Shown: positions 11,207 to 24,790 of the stretch, piece after piece
Layout: each line of letters begins with the position of its first letter
Numbering within the stretch: the first letter of the stretch is position 1
Assembly (NCBI RefSeq): GCF_006345805.1
Contig: NC_043000.1
Span: 89,404,001 to 89,468,000, forward strand
From: Octopus sinensis
Lineage: Eukaryota
Direction of reading: 5' to 3'
Length of the DNA: 64,000 nt
Made by a program: the position numbers and the translations under genes
Notes under the pieces: model-generated
Database searches by the model: none
The model's input: only the letters and a program-made list of their open reading frames with translations
Told to the model about the DNA's origin: nothing

Positions 11207-12630
11207 TACGAAATTCTTCATCTTAACGTCAGAATATATATGAAAAATTAAGACAGTAAATTTGCCGAATTGCTAGAGAAACAAGCGAAATGTGATTCGA
11301 TATTTGTTTCGGCTCTATACGTTTTAAGTAAAAATTTCACCGAAATCAACTTTTCTTTTTATTCTTCCTCAATAAAATATAGTACCTGTGAAATACTGGA
11401 GTCGATTCTGCCAGTTCACCGCCTTGTTTATATATACATCTATGAAATGACAACCAGGGAACAACTACTAAAAGGAACCTTACAGAAAGAGAATGCCTTT
11501 TCACTGAATTTAGACACTATTTTACAACGAAATACAAGCATTTTGGAAAGAGAATATATTTACATTCCCGAGGAGATAGTTCTTTAAAAAACAGTCATGG
11601 TGATATACTTAACCATAGCAACATAGAAACAACGCACCAACACACACGAACAAACAATATTTTTAAAATACAAATAATGACTGGAATTTTAATGAGGATG
11701 ATGAGTTTCTTGATTTGTAGATAAAACATACACCAAACAAAGTTTGAATTAGACGGAAAACAAAAGATTGCATGCGAGTATTATGTGACAAAACCAAATG
11801 CCTTTCAGCCCGAGAATTTTGTGTGCATTCCCTGGATATTTTAGAAGTCTTCGAAGAGTGAAAGTGACATCTCTGCACTCATTGAAGGATTCTTGAATGA
11901 ATGCATATAGAAAGGTCGGCTAGAAATACATTTCATTTTGTCACATAATACTGGTTCTATACTGGTAAGCAACTACTTGACAGAGACGGGCATCAAAACT
12001 GTCCCTTCTCCTGCTACAGCCTAAACTTAGCTTTCTGTGACTTTTTGTTTGTTTCCCAAACAGCTTCAGGGGCAGTTGTTTTGAACACGAAGGATATCTT
12101 GTGAGAGTTCCATTGGACCTTTACAAAGTAACTAGAGCATTACAACAAGTGCATTGAGGTTATAGGATTCTAGAAGATTAGAGTATTGTACTTATTTGAA
12201 ATTAATAAATGTCTCTCCCAAAAATGTCGCAAAACTTCTGGAATGCACTTTTTGGATATTGATGTTGAAGTGTTCATGATAACACAAGTCCACTAACGAT
12301 CTTAAATTTGTACACTCTAGTGGATGGCGATAGAAACGGTTTACGACAGGTCATTCAGAGACGAAATCCCGGCTGTTATACCAGTACCGGTAAATTAGAC
12401 CCCTTACAGCCCAAAATGGTGGTAAATCTAAAAGGACAAAAATCTACAGTATCAACCGGTCACTCAAATTGCTGTTCATGGAGCTCTATCAGTTGCAGCT
12501 TCAAGTACGTCTAAATGAAGGACTTGACCTCTGTTCCATGACTCGTCATCAGTCTCTCCGAACACGTGAATTTTTACAAAGTGTAAATAAAAGATATTTT
12601 TATATTTTCTAACATCAGGCGTGGCTTACA

Positions 12631-13090
12631 GGCGCAGGTGTGGCTGTGTGGTAATGGGTTCAGCTTCACTTCGTGACACCTTGGGCAAGTATTTTCTACT
12701 AATGCCTCGGGCCGACAACAGCCTTGTGAGTGGATTTGGTGGACAGAAAGTGAGAGAAATACGTCGTACATACATAAGAGTGTGTATGTGTATGTGTGGG
12801 TGTTTGTGTGTGTGTGTGTATGTGTGTGTGTGTGTGTGTGTGTGTCTGTCTGTGTGTGTGTGTGTGTGCTTTGTGTCATGTTTATCGTCAGCGCTAGATA
12901 ACCCTTGTTGGTTTGTTTACGTCCCTATAACCAAGCAGTTCGGCAAAAGGAAAACTGATGGAATAAGTATGAGGTTTAGAAAATAAAATAAGTACTGGAT
13001 TCGAGTCATTCAACTTAACGTACTTCGATACAGTGCACCAGCATGGCCGCAGTCTAATGTCTGAAACAGATTAAAGATAAAAGATAAAAG
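12631..13090 (+). mobile_element. SINE family B, near full length, diverged
   Basis: Head GGCGCAGGTGTGGCTGTGTGGTAA, then CACCTTGGGCAAGT, an internal (GT)n, and the tail CAGCATGGCCGCAGTC..(AAAGAT)n. Confidence 0.85.
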
Positions 13091-13400
13091 ACATGAATTT
13101 CAAGATTTGAAACTTTTCAAAACTATAGATCTATTGTATTTTTGTAACCGACCTCAAAAGTTTCGTCTTCTGAAATATTTTTTTTCTCCTTTCTTTCGTC
13201 GTCAATTTTGTAAATATGGCTGCTTGTTATCAAATTAATAATTCCGTAGCCAAGAAAGCGAATAAAGAAAATATTTTTTTAAAAAGCGAAAATGACTAGT
13301 AAAAATGGAAGAAAGATAAGAAGAAAACACAATTCTTTATCAGACAACAATAACATTTTAAGAAATAGCAAACAAAACAACAACGATAATAATAATCTAT

Positions 13401-13627
13401 CTTTTATCTCTTACAAGTTTCAGTCATTGGACTGGGCCATGCTGGGGCACCATTCTGAAGGATTCAGTCGAACAACTGGACCCCAGTACTTGTTATTTTT
13501 ATTTTAACTTGATACTTATACCATCGTTCCCTTTTTGCCAAACCGCAAAGTTAAGGGGACATAAGCAAATCCTCACTGACTGTCAAACGGTAGTGAGGGA
13601 CAAACATATACACCAAGACACACACGC

Positions 13628-13630
<3 letters not shown>
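13401..13630 (-). mobile_element. SINE family B-related 3' half
   Basis: GTTTCAGTCATTGGACTGGGCCATGCTGGGGCACC is the reverse complement of the family B tail. Confidence 0.7.
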
Positions 13631-13677
<47 letters not shown>

Positions 13678-13994
13678 TATATATTTACATATGTGTATAT
13701 CAGGTGATCAGGAGATGTAGCCGATCGGGCTATCAGATACGTTACACATCGCTAGTCACAATGTGCCTTTTCGTTGTTTTAACTTTCAAATGACGTCATA
13801 CTGCTGGCTAGGTGAGCAGGCCAGCAATCCTCCCTGAACGAAAGGAGGTGGAACAACGGGAACAACTGTTCGCATGCCCAAATTCTTCTTATTTCAAATT
13901 TTAAGGGATTGTATCTTTTTTTTCTTCCTCTTTCTTTACGATCTTGGAATCAAAAGGGCATGATGGGTTGATACGTAAGCAACTACGCTTTTCA

Positions 13995-15483
13995 TCTCTC
14001 TATATATAAAACTGAGAATGTGTGTCTGTCTGTGTGTTTCCCTAAAACTTGAGAACTACACAACCAATTTCATTCAAATTTTACACATGCCTTACTTAGG
14101 GTCCATGTAGTTTCATGGGCAAAAAAATGTTCAACTTCTTGCCAAGGGCGAGCCCATAGCAATATCATATCTTCTCCACTATTTCAGTATTACGTGTTAA
14201 AAGTGAAACAAAAACATTTCTCTATTTTATATCAGATACTTTCATTTTAACAATAAAAATTAGAGATAATAATAACAATTGAATTATATGTAGTATGTAA
14301 TAATTAAAATCAAACTAAAGTATAATATAGTCGTAACATAACAAATGTAAAAATAGCAATTGGTATAAAATTGCATCAATGACTTGAACTTGAATAAGTG
14401 GTTTCACATGAATGGGAATAAAATAAAAATAAAATTAGCGTGCAGAAATGGAATAGTCCAGATGGAGGTGTGCACATACCTTTTACCACGGCTTTTACAT
14501 TAGATTATCTGCTAATTAGCTAGCATTAAGTATCTATATGAAGTTTGGCTGTATGTAATGTGTTTTCTCGAACAACCGCTTTTACTGAGTACAGCTGTTA
14601 GTTTATTTCTTATACATAAAGGACTATAGCTTCAACTGAGTACCGCTTTTTGATTCACCGTAAGGTTTGTTGTTATTATTATTACTGTTTAACTATTGTT
14701 ATCACATTTGTTGGTTCCTCGTAAGGGAAACGTTGTTGTGTTGCATTTGTTAAATAATTGTAAACTGTAACCCTCCCACTTTGGGAGAAGGAGCTTTGGT
14801 TATTGTTTAAAAATTGAATTATGTCCCTGTTTGGGGAAATTGACAATATTTTCACCGTTTATACGGAAGCATTTTTGTTAGAATGCCTTCGATAGAAGAA
14901 AATTCAAAAATGAATTTCGCGGCAGCCGTCGGCGGGCGCGAACTCATTAAAATTAAAATGGAAGAAATACAAACCTATTTCGGATTGATCATCGACAAAG
15001 ACGGTGAATCTAGGATAAAACCACCAAACGAAATAAAAAATTAAATTAAAGAAAAGACTATTGTCTATAAAGTATACAATGTAGAGAAAATAAAAAGATT
15101 TGAACACCTGGAAGAAAGCACCATCGAAAAGTGTCTTGGTGCGACGATGAAAGATATCTAACCAGTGGCGGTAAATTCGCCACAATAGAAGCAAGGCTCG
15201 AGTCAACGGAGCGTGCAAGGGAGTACTCGACTCGAACCGTGCAAAGTGGAAATATTTTATTTTTACCTTTATATCTGGGACGTAGGACGTCCCAGATAAA
15301 AATTAAAAATGTCCCCCCCAGAAGTAGAGGTAGGCTGGATTGTAGCCACACTTCTATACAAGAGGGAGGACAAGATACAATTGATCGAAATTGCAAGAGA
15401 CGGGCCTACAATTCCAGTCTGTTATATATTTTGAGTATTGTTATCACTAGCGATATCAAGATATAACTTTGTATTTTGTATTT

Positions 15484-15529
<46 letters not shown>

Positions 15530-15607
15530 TGTAATATGTACACATATATATACACATATATACATGCACTAGAACTATGACCCGGCAACGACGGGTCATA
15601 ATGCTAG
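13995..15607 (+). mobile_element. Non-autonomous Helitron (~1.6 kb)
   Basis: 5' end is A|TCTCTCTATATATAAAACTGAGAATGTGTGTCTGTCTG. The 3' hairpin is TATGACCCG-GCAACGA-CGGGTCATA (15576-15600), followed by CTAG (15604-15607)|T. Pairing the two ends into one element is an inference. Confidence 0.7.
14570..15420 (+). pseudogene. 5' UTR and ORF1 N-terminal fragment of a Tx1-like LINE, inside the Helitron
   Basis: Frameshifted peptides EESTIEKCL, YLTSGGKFATIEARL and TSQIKIKNVPP align with EEKIEKCL, YLRRGKKFGTVEVRL and TSRIKITRVPP of ORF1 at 34.6-34.9 kb. The 5' boundary is approximate. Confidence 0.75.
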
Positions 15608-15608
15608 T

Positions 15609-15985
15609 TATCTATAATCGTTATGTCTGATTTAATATTTACTAACTTCTTGTCTGTTTGAATCGGAAAGTCCCACAAGATCTAACATTTCTCCGACACC
15701 GGTACCCCTCGACTCGTGAAATTGTACCATCTTTTCCAGCTTCAAATCACCATTTCTGGCACAGTTTCCACTACAAAACTTTTACAACCTGGCCGTACCT
15801 CCATTTCTTATACTCTTCCTCTGCCAACTTGGAGCATTCATCTACAACGTGTACCACTTTCTCGTTCCAAATTCCACAGGCTCTATATTTTTCTGATACA
15901 TTCTCCCCATATATATTTTTTCTCAAGTTGTTTTTTATCGATTGATCCTAGGCTGCTACAATCAGGCTCTCTGTTTCTTTCCTTA
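15609..15985 (-). mobile_element. R4/Dong-type LINE fragment (zinc knuckle to RLE region), decayed
   Basis: Minus frames give LRKETESLIVAA*DQ, HVVDECSKLAEEEYKK and LWDFPIQTDKKLVNIKSDITIID; (AAT)n on the 5' side. Confidence 0.75.
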
Positions 15986-15991
15986 ATTGCC

Positions 15992-16045
<54 letters not shown>

Positions 16046-16108
16046 TACTACTACTACTACTACTACTATTACTACTATTACTACTACTACTACCACTCCT
16101 ACTACTAT
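15986..16108. repeat. (ATT)n(ACT)n microsatellite
   Basis: Direct reading. Confidence 0.95.
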
Positions 16109-16111
16109 TTT

Positions 16112-16636
16112 TATTAAAAGCTGCGTGGTGGATTCGTCTGAAAAGTTTGAAGACAGGCACTTTCCTGTCTGGCAAAGCATTCGTCAATTTCTTCAAATAC
16201 CATTTGAAGAGGAAGGTAAGAGCAGAGAGGGAGGTACTGCCTTCTAGTGTGTTTAGCAAAAGGTGGTCGACAATGGTAAGAGTGGTGAGACCGAATGGAC
16301 AAACTCTGAGTGTACTTTTCTCAGCAGGAGGAAAAAAACTGGAAGATGGCACTTTCCTATACCTTGGGGATGGCAGAGCAATCCGGGATTCTTGCGTGGA
16401 GCTTACCCCGAATTACCCTCAGTAGATTTCCCCGCTTTTGGAGATTATGATTACTTATTTATTATTCATTACTCTAATTTCTATTACATATCCTATGTTA
16501 TACCCTTTAATGTGGCATTATCTCCCTTTGAATGATATAAGCGCCATCTGCTTTTGTATTTTTGTTTGTTTTGTGATTGTGTGCTGTAAGTCGTTCTTCG
16601 GTATTGCCCTCCATGTTTTCGGCCCAAGTGGCCAAT
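16112..16636 (+). mobile_element. Tx1-like LINE, 5'-truncated 3' end (ORF2 C-terminus and 3' UTR)
   Basis: KAAWWIRLKSLKTGTFLSGKAFVNFFKYHLKRK..FSKRW aligns with KEAVWKTRIKGIKTGNFISGDNLRSFFSFHLKRK..FQKRW (38900-39060). It ends in ATGTTTTC-GGCC-CAAGT-GGCC-AAT. Confidence 0.8.
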
Positions 16637-16998
16637 GGGGACGATCTGTTAGAATCATTAGCATGATGAACAAAATTCTCAGCAGCATCTCTTCTGGCTT
16701 AACGTTCTGAGTCAAGGTCGGTTTTGCCGTTCATCTCTTTCGGGGTTCGATAAAATAGACTGTTACCCTCCCTAAAAATTTCAAGCCTTGGGCCCATAGT
16801 AGGGAAGATTATTATTAGACGATGAGCTCTTTGAAACTTTAGCGCGTCGGACAAAATGTTGATTCCGTTAACCTCTGCCTTTCACGCTAAAAGCAAAGTT
16901 TAACTTTATCTTTCATCCTTCTGAGGTCGATTAGATAGCTACCTGTCAAGTGTTGGGGTAGATGTAATTGAGAAGTTCCCTTGCCTATGATAGAAAGC

Positions 16999-17000
<2 letters not shown>
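16637..17000 (+). mobile_element. Two degenerate SINE family A copies in tandem (~16637-16810 and ~16818-17000)
   Basis: Diverged head, CGTTCTGAG and TTCATC(T)CTTTCGGGG(T)TCGATAAAATA motifs. Confidence 0.6.
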
Positions 17001-17033
<33 letters not shown>

Positions 17034-17423
17034 AAGCAGCAGCAGCAGTAGTAGAAGAAGATTTTGCAGTAATAAGGCCAGGTCTTGCAGGTTACAACGA
17101 TCGCGTGATTACTGGAAAGAGGGGCAATGTGGTTGAGTGCGCTCCTTATCACTTAAAGTGCCCTTATCTGACGCCACTTGTGACGTACAAATGACGTGAT
17201 GTTTTTGATACGAAACACAAATCAAAATAAAACAACCCGTCTCAACATTTTCTCTCTTTCTCTCTTTCTCTCCCTACACACACAAAATATACGTATACAT
17301 GTATTTATATCTACACAACTTTGTACCTGTGTGTGTATACATATGTATGCACTTGTATATATATATATATATATACACATTTATATATATAACATATATA
17401 TATATATACATGTATACATATGT

Positions 17424-17456
<33 letters not shown>

Positions 17457-17476
17457 CACATTTATATATATAGCAT

Positions 17477-17508
<32 letters not shown>

Positions 17509-17516
17509 ACATATGT

Positions 17517-17582
<66 letters not shown>

Positions 17583-17699
17583 ATACATATATTGATTATT
17601 TATATTGTGTTATAGATAAAAGCAATTTAACATTAAAATGAAAGATTATTCAATACTTTTTAAAAGAGTTAATATTTATTAATTTTTACAGAAAAAATT

Positions 17700-18005
17700 G
17701 GCACCTCGTCGATTACGACGACGTGTGTATCAGTTGAGCCGTTCAACAGAACAGCCTGTTCGTAAAATTAACGTACAAGTGGCTGAGCGCTTCACAGACA
17801 AGCGAACCCTTAACGTAGTTCTTAGGGAGATTCAGTGCAACACATAATGTGACAAGGCTGGCTTTTTGAAATACAGATACTACTCATTTTTACCAGCTAG
17901 GTACACAGGAGCAACGTAAAATAAATTGTCTTGCTCGAGAGCTAAACACACCGGTGGCATTCGAACTTGCGATGAAACGATCATGAGCCGAATACCCTAA
18001 ACACT
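17700..18005 (-). mobile_element. tRNA-derived SINE family C
   Basis: The minus strand begins with the tRNA-like AGTGTTTAGGGTATTCGGCTCATGATCG..GTTCGAATGCC and ends GGTGCC. A second copy lies at 50214-50505. Confidence 0.75.
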
Positions 18006-18033
18006 AATTTTTACAAAAGAAAGATTAACGGTG

Positions 18034-18081
<48 letters not shown>

Positions 18082-18310
18082 TATATGATTTATTATTTAA
18101 TTTTAATTTTAATTAAACGCGACACCACCTTTTTGATGCAACTCTCTACTCTGTACTGTTTTCTTCCACCATCCTTTTCTAATTCCTCTTTTCTCCCCCT
18201 CCTTCCTTCACTGTTTTCTCTCTCTCTCTCTACCTACCCCAACTTTGTCTGTTTCTCTCTCTCGTTGCTCACACGTGGCCATCGTCCATTTTTCTTTTAC
18301 TCATGTTACC

Positions 18311-18537
18311 ATCTGTTGTGTCTGGTGAGAGTCGTTTTTTTTGTGCCTTATAATTTAACACGCTCACCGGTAAAATTTCCACTTTTTATTTTTGTATGGA
18401 AATTTTCATATGGAAATTTTACAGGTGAGTGTCTTAAATTATGATACACAAAAAGAAAATGGCTCTCCCCTGACACAACAGAATATGCTTCAACACACGA
18501 ACTCACATAAGAATCTTGCAAACCAATCCCAAAACGA
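18311..18537. repeat. Older fold-back element (arms 18311-18381 and 18411-18484)
   Basis: Inverted arms about 80% identical by eye; (AT)n downstream. Confidence 0.6.
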
Positions 18538-18561
18538 TATATATATATATATAATATATAT

Positions 18562-18616
<55 letters not shown>

Positions 18617-18624
<8 letters not shown>

Positions 18625-18860
18625 GAATACAAAAATGGGACAATAACGCAAAACATCCAGACCGATGATACAAAAAAAAGGAACAAAAAAACAAGGATGG
18701 GTCATTCGAAGTTTTCTTTCCTCAGTCGAGTTCCAGATTATCTTTGCAATTTCGGCTGGTTATACTCGAATGATCCGTCCTTGTTTTTTCTTGTCCCTTT
18801 TTTGTATCAACTGTCAGGATGTTTTGTGTTCTTGTCCCATTTTTGTATTCCTTTTTATAT
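18617..18860. repeat. Fold-back element (arms ~18617-18709 and 18766-18859); related single copy at ~20330-20615
   Basis: Inverted arms; the spacer reverse complement GTATAACCAGCCGAAATTGCAAAGATAATCTGGAAC recurs at 20463-20500. Confidence 0.7.
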
Positions 18861-18920
18861 ACATTTGCCGGCGTACGTACTCTTTGGTTTCTTATATGTA
18901 AGTACATATATATATATAAG

Positions 18921-19186
18921 CAATAATAAATATCTGAACAAGGTATAGACAGTTAACTGCACGACAATGTGAAGTATATTTGCCATCTAAATATGGCTAA
19001 CCACTAAGGGTGGATGTTAGTGTAGCTTGTAGCCCCAGGAGAACATCTTCTCCAGCTGGCTATTGACACACCGATAGGGCACAGAAAGTGTGTCAATAGC
19101 CCGCTGGAGAAGATGTTCTCCTGGGGCTACAAGCTACAGTAACATCCAGCCTTAGTGGTTAACCATATTTAGATGGCAGATATACT
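18921..19186. mobile_element. Fold-back copy of the 9871-10298 family, truncated before the hammerhead
   Basis: Same start (CAATAATAAA..GAAC(A/G)AGGTATAGACAG); arms 18973-19071 and 19088-19186. Confidence 0.75.
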
Positions 19187-19202
19187 ATATATATATATAT
19201 AT

Positions 19203-19493
19203 CAATTAGAAAAAAACACCTTTTATTAATTCAAAATGAACAATTAAATTACACCATCTAGAAAATTACATATAATATATTCCTTTCTAGATGGTATAGG
19301 AATATGCTTCAAAGATGAATTCCAAAAGAGTGGTTCCATTTTACCTGTAAGTTCCATTGTTCATTTTGAATTGATGAAAGGTGGTTTTTTTCTAATTTTA
19401 ATATATATATAATATATTTTGTGAAATTTGATTTAGTATCTCTAAATTGAGTTTTTCCCTGTAAGTTAGGAATAATATTCCCTCAAATTATTA

Positions 19494-19557
<64 letters not shown>

Positions 19558-19830
19558 ACTAACGTTTCTGAGGTATTACTTTCATTATCGTCGGTTATGG
19601 AACTTACAGGTAAAATAGAACCACTCTTTTGGAATTCATCTTCGAAGGATATCCCTATACAATCTAGAAAGGAATATATTATATGTAATTTTCTAGATGG
19701 TGCCATTTAATTGTTCATTTTGAATTGATAAAAGGTAGATTTTTTTCTAATTTTCATATATATATATTTTGTGAAATTTGTATTTCTAAATTGAATTTTT
19801 CGCTGTAAGTTAGGAATAATATTCCCTCAA

Positions 19831-19835
<5 letters not shown>
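19203..19835. repeat. Compound element with inverted (19203-19356 vs 19604-19755) and direct (19357-19490 vs 19710-19835) duplications around (ATT)n
   Basis: Segments matched by eye. The tandem-plus-inverted layout resembles Penelope pseudo-LTR arrays. Confidence 0.7.
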
Positions 19836-19897
<62 letters not shown>

Positions 19898-22800
19898 CAT
19901 ATAAATATAATTTTTTTACGAATCTCTTATTCTTTCCTTCTTTCTTTCTTTCTATCAGCCCCTTCACACTTACTTCGTTCTTCCCATTCTACTTTATTTC
20001 GTTCCCTCATCCCACATTTTCTGGCTTTCTCTTCATTCTCACTTTCCATCCTCTTTCACGTCACTCTGTCCCTTTTCTTTTTTTTTCTTGTCCCTCCTTA
20101 ATTCCTCTATCCCTCTGCGTCTACCTCTCTCTCCTCTTTCCAAGTGACCGGTGTTCGGCCAAGCCTGACCTTCCTTTCATGGTTCGACTACCATGCATGC
20201 AACATCTATATACCTCCCCATGCCTGTCATCACTTATACCCCTGTTGTAAGGCTTCACCTCCATGCACGCCAGCTTAATTTAATTCGTCCTTAGTCGAAA
20301 GACACCCATTGTTAATGTCCTGTTATTTGCATTTGTATTTGTGTAACATTTCTCCATTTTTTTCCGTCCTTGTTTTTGTATACATTCGCTGCTTTCTTCC
20401 AAGGAATCCAGTGCTCTTAGCTTAGGTTTTCCTTGGGGCTGGCCAGATTGGAGCAATTTCGTGTATAACCAGCCGCAATTGCAAAGATAATCTGGAACAC
20501 AACTGAGGAAAAAATCTCCGAATAACCTGTCCTTGTTTTTTCTTGTCCCTTATTTGTATCATCTAACTCTCTGGATGTTTTGCGTTCTTATCCCATTTTT
20601 GGATCCTTTTTATATATATATAGCGGCGTACGTAGTTTGGTCTCATATATATATATATGTGGGGGGGTAGGTGGGGATATATAAATATATATAGACACGG
20701 ATGAAGAAGCCAAAGCTTCGAAGTAATTGTCAACTTTTATTGCAAAACAAATAGGTACTCCATTAAAAAGTATAGAACAGTCCTTCAGTTTAATGCTAAA
20801 TTGTTTTTGAGTGTAACTTGGCATGAACGCAAACCACCCAAGCATGTCATCACATCTGATGGGTCCTGCAGTTCTGTCGACCCCTTTTTTAAAATAAGGC
20901 TTCAGTTGACCTAATTACGGAGTCGTAATATCACATTTGGAATCATGTATTTCCTAACCAAACTCTTAGCCACACGGCCATACTTTCGTCCATAAATATG
21001 CTACAATATATTATCAATATCAACTATATTGTCAACAAAGCAACAGAAAAATATTAAGATCAAAACAACAATATTAAATTCCTCAAACCAAAAATCATAG
21101 AATCAAAAATTATATAAATACGTCATAAAAGCAAGAAATAATTCTAAATTGCCCAAATTTCAGTAGTCTTTGACACTTTTATACAAAACTATAATAATAT
21201 TTCCCTTGTCTGACAAATCATTTTGGACTGTAAATTACGCTAAAACATCTATCATTGTTAACTCAGAAAGTTATTCGTTGACTGTAAAACACTGCCAATA
21301 AAACTGACATGTTTTATATTTTATTAAGGAATCAAATCTTTTTTTTTCTGTGATACGTTCTCTAACACACCGTCTCTTCTTTTCGCTATACATTTCTCTC
21401 TCTCTCTCTCACTCACTCTCTCTTTCTCTCTCTTTCTCTCTCTTTCTCTCTCTTTGTTAAAATGAAATACAGGAAATTACTGCAACCAACACACGTTAAA
21501 AACATTCCTATAAAATATTACATGACCACTCTATCAACAACCAGAAAAATACACGAAAAACTGTCCACTTTAATATCAGTAATAATGGTAAGAGTTACCA
21601 CCACAAGTTCTTATAAACTAAATGTAGAGAAGGTTATATATGTAACAGATGCCGTCTGAATATCGCCCAAGTTGTGCCATATGTGTATAAAAATATACGC
21701 TGAACAGAAAGAATAATGCTTCCCAATTTTCACATTGTAATAACTAAAACAAGTAAGAAAAGTTAAAGAATAAAGAATAAGCACCGAGTATAATCTGTCA
21801 ATATATTAATTGGACAGGCACATCATGTTGTTTTTTGTGTAAAGTACACAAGTAACAGCTAGTTTAGTTCACACAGTAACAAAAGTAGAATGTAGCAGAG
21901 AAAAATGCAGATTGCGTAAAAATATATTTGCTCGACTTGTAATGGAAACAAATAAAGCACACAGGCTTAGTAGCAAAAATGAATAAATAAATAAACAATT
22001 CATTCGGAATTTGTTCTGATAACAGTTGATATTGATCAGCGTTTACATTATATTTCAAATATTGCCAGAACGAAGAATTATAGTTCAAACAATGCGGAAT
22101 AGTTGAAAATAAATGTCCATGTCAAAACATGAGCGATTGGTCTCTCGCTGATAAATTCTTGATCCTACTCAATTATTGCAATTGTGAATGACACATAAAA
22201 TAGTTTTAAATGAGGTGACTGTACACTTACTGCAATGATCTGAAACTTAATTTCCTAAAAGTTACTCAAAAATATATATGTATCGAAGCCCCTTCTGAAA
22301 AAAGTGCTATAGACTGAGAGTGTTGAAAGTTGATCAATACCTAAAAAAAGATAAATAAGCTATAGAAAACCAGGTCACAGCTTATTTGAATGACTGAAAG
22401 AATTTGAGAAATTTGTATACTCCATGTCGAAAAATCTCTTTTCAAATATGCATTGTTAAAATGTTTTTCACTTGAACATATAGTACAATGTTAATCCTGA
22501 AATACATGAAAACCTTACAAGTTAGAGCGAATTTTGGTCTTCCAGTTGTCAATGTATGCCATCTGTTTAGAAATAGCAACGGTTATAGCGAACGATAAGC
22601 GTGTACTCTTGTTTTCATATGAATTCCCAAAACGATTCGTCAATTTAATTCAGATGCTCTTGGTACCACAAAACATTTTTCGAGTTCTTTCATAACATTA
22701 ACATTATTAGGTAAGTGATAAGATTTCATGCTTTTCAATAATACTAGAAATATCTATCATATCTCTCAAGCTCTATATCCCGTTTTCCAGAGTATATTTT

Positions 22801-24790
22801 ACTTATTTTACACAATGTGCGGTACATAAGAATTAAAGTGTGAGTTTTCAAATAATTTATTAACTCGCATAGTTTTATTTACAAATGTACATCCAACAAA
22901 CTAAAGGAATTTTCTGGATATAACTTACTAGATAATATGAAAGCAGTGCAAATAATTTAAATCATTGCATAGGATTAATATGTGTTACTCAACATAACAA
23001 TTTAAGGTGGACGGCTTTTTTCGAGTACTTAAATTTGAATTCGCCCATATTTTATTATTGTCAGCCCTAGAGTTCTAGAATCTTCGGCCAAACTGTTTGA
23101 CGAGGTAACTCGTACACTTCCATTGAAAATTGTCGCCCCAACCAGTCGTAATTGGTTGAGCCAAATTCACGTAGGCTTTTTATGGTGATACATTACTTTT
23201 TGGTTGTAGATTGGCCAAATCTGAAAGATATTGTTCAAATCTGAGCCGGGGTTTCGCTAAACATCTTTTAGGAAAGACACCTTTACAGAAAACAAAATAT
23301 TCACCATCCTGAATGCTCGTATTATCACATAAATACCCATTATTCTTTGTACACCACGCAATAGCTCACCAGCAAATATAGCCCTCATATTTGCCTGCCA
23401 AATTTCATCTTCTAACATACAAACCCTTCCAAAGCTCCCCTTCTCCACCAAACACGTATACACAACTTTTAAGTTTGAAGATATCTCTAGTAACCGCTGT
23501 CTTGTAGAAGAAATGCTTTGATATAGTCCCTTGCATCACAAAACAACACATCCGCTACCTAATTCCTGCTTTCAGCAAATTCTAGTATCTTTCATTCTCT
23601 ACATAAATCTATCGCAGTATATGTACTCCAGCAGTGTGCCTCAATACAAAGACAATATAAATTGTCCCATCTTTCTAATTAGATTCTATCAACCCACTAT
23701 CTTTATTACGATATAAACTATCTCATGCAACCGCACGATATATTTCTTCAGGTTCTTTGTCGTTGAAGTAGTCACCATTATGTTTGTTACAGGGAAAGGT
23801 CTTTCACTACTCAGAGCTTCCAGAAAAGCACTAGTATTTCATATGGGATTAGCAGTATCTGGTATCTAAGCTTGCAATGATGTCTGCGTATGGATTCCAA
23901 CTGCCTTTCAACGCTGCATTTCTGCACGCAAAGACGTGAATATCTTCGATCTGTATTCTCTATCAGCTGTGCTCTAAAATATAAATGGTGATGTCTATGA
24001 TACCATTTCTTCAGTACGCTAAATACTTCTTTATTTTTCATGAGATACCAATCTTCATTCTATACCAAGGCATCATTTACACGCATTCTGGACACCTTAC
24101 ATCAGATATACATAGATTCTATGTTCGAAATCCTTGGAAATATTCCCCAATGTAGACATGACAATTTAGTTTTATCAACAAGTACAAAAACCAGCCATTA
24201 CAAATTTCAAGGAACCAATTTCACAGAGTTATGTTACTCCTGCAGACAAAAGACAGCAAAATGCTCAATCACTGCAAATTCTGTACGCCACAAGATCTCA
24301 TGACGATCCCTCATATGTAATGTTGCCAAACGTTTGTACAAAAGACAAAATTATGACATCACATCCAGAAAATACTTGCACACGTATTAGTTGCCACATT
24401 TCATTATCATTAAACTGTGTGTCATGATAGGGTAGTGCTCGAATATCTGGAGCATTGCTATTGATTCGCTCAAAACATCTTAGATAGCATTAAAAAAATA
24501 GCAAACCGGCTAATGGTAAAGATTCTCGGAAGAACATTCTAATTCCACCAACCAATCTACTTAGCCTATTTTGTCACTACTATATTGATCTATACTCCAA
24601 TCAACTAGCAAACTTTGTATCCACTCCGCCAAAACTCACCCGATAAAATTCCTTTCCTCTTTTTGCCATTTCTATTGTCTTCCTAGTCCGAATAGCAACC
24701 CTCCACTAAACATTTTATTAAATTCTTCCTCCTGAAAATTTCAATGTCCATGATTTCATTCCTTTTACACGTTCTTTTAGATCGTTTACC

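Noticed and set aside
12515-12560. Hammerhead-like CUGAUGA..GAAC..GUC on the minus strand
   Set aside because: GAAA is incomplete and stem I does not pair.
18690-18735. Hammerhead in the 18617/20330 family (CUGAGGA..CGAAU)
   Set aside because: All three copies have U at the A15.1 position and stem I does not pair.
20698-20734. Degenerate hammerhead (CGGAUGA-A-GAAGC-CAAA-GCUUC-GAAG-UAAUU-GUC)
   Set aside because: Stem II is good but there are three core changes and no stem I; at best a fossil.
21900-24780. Possible host exons or old LINE in a long repeat-poor stretch
   Set aside because: Only short ORFs (under 90 aa) without recognisable motifs. A translated search against protein and repeat databases would be needed; short exons cannot be excluded.
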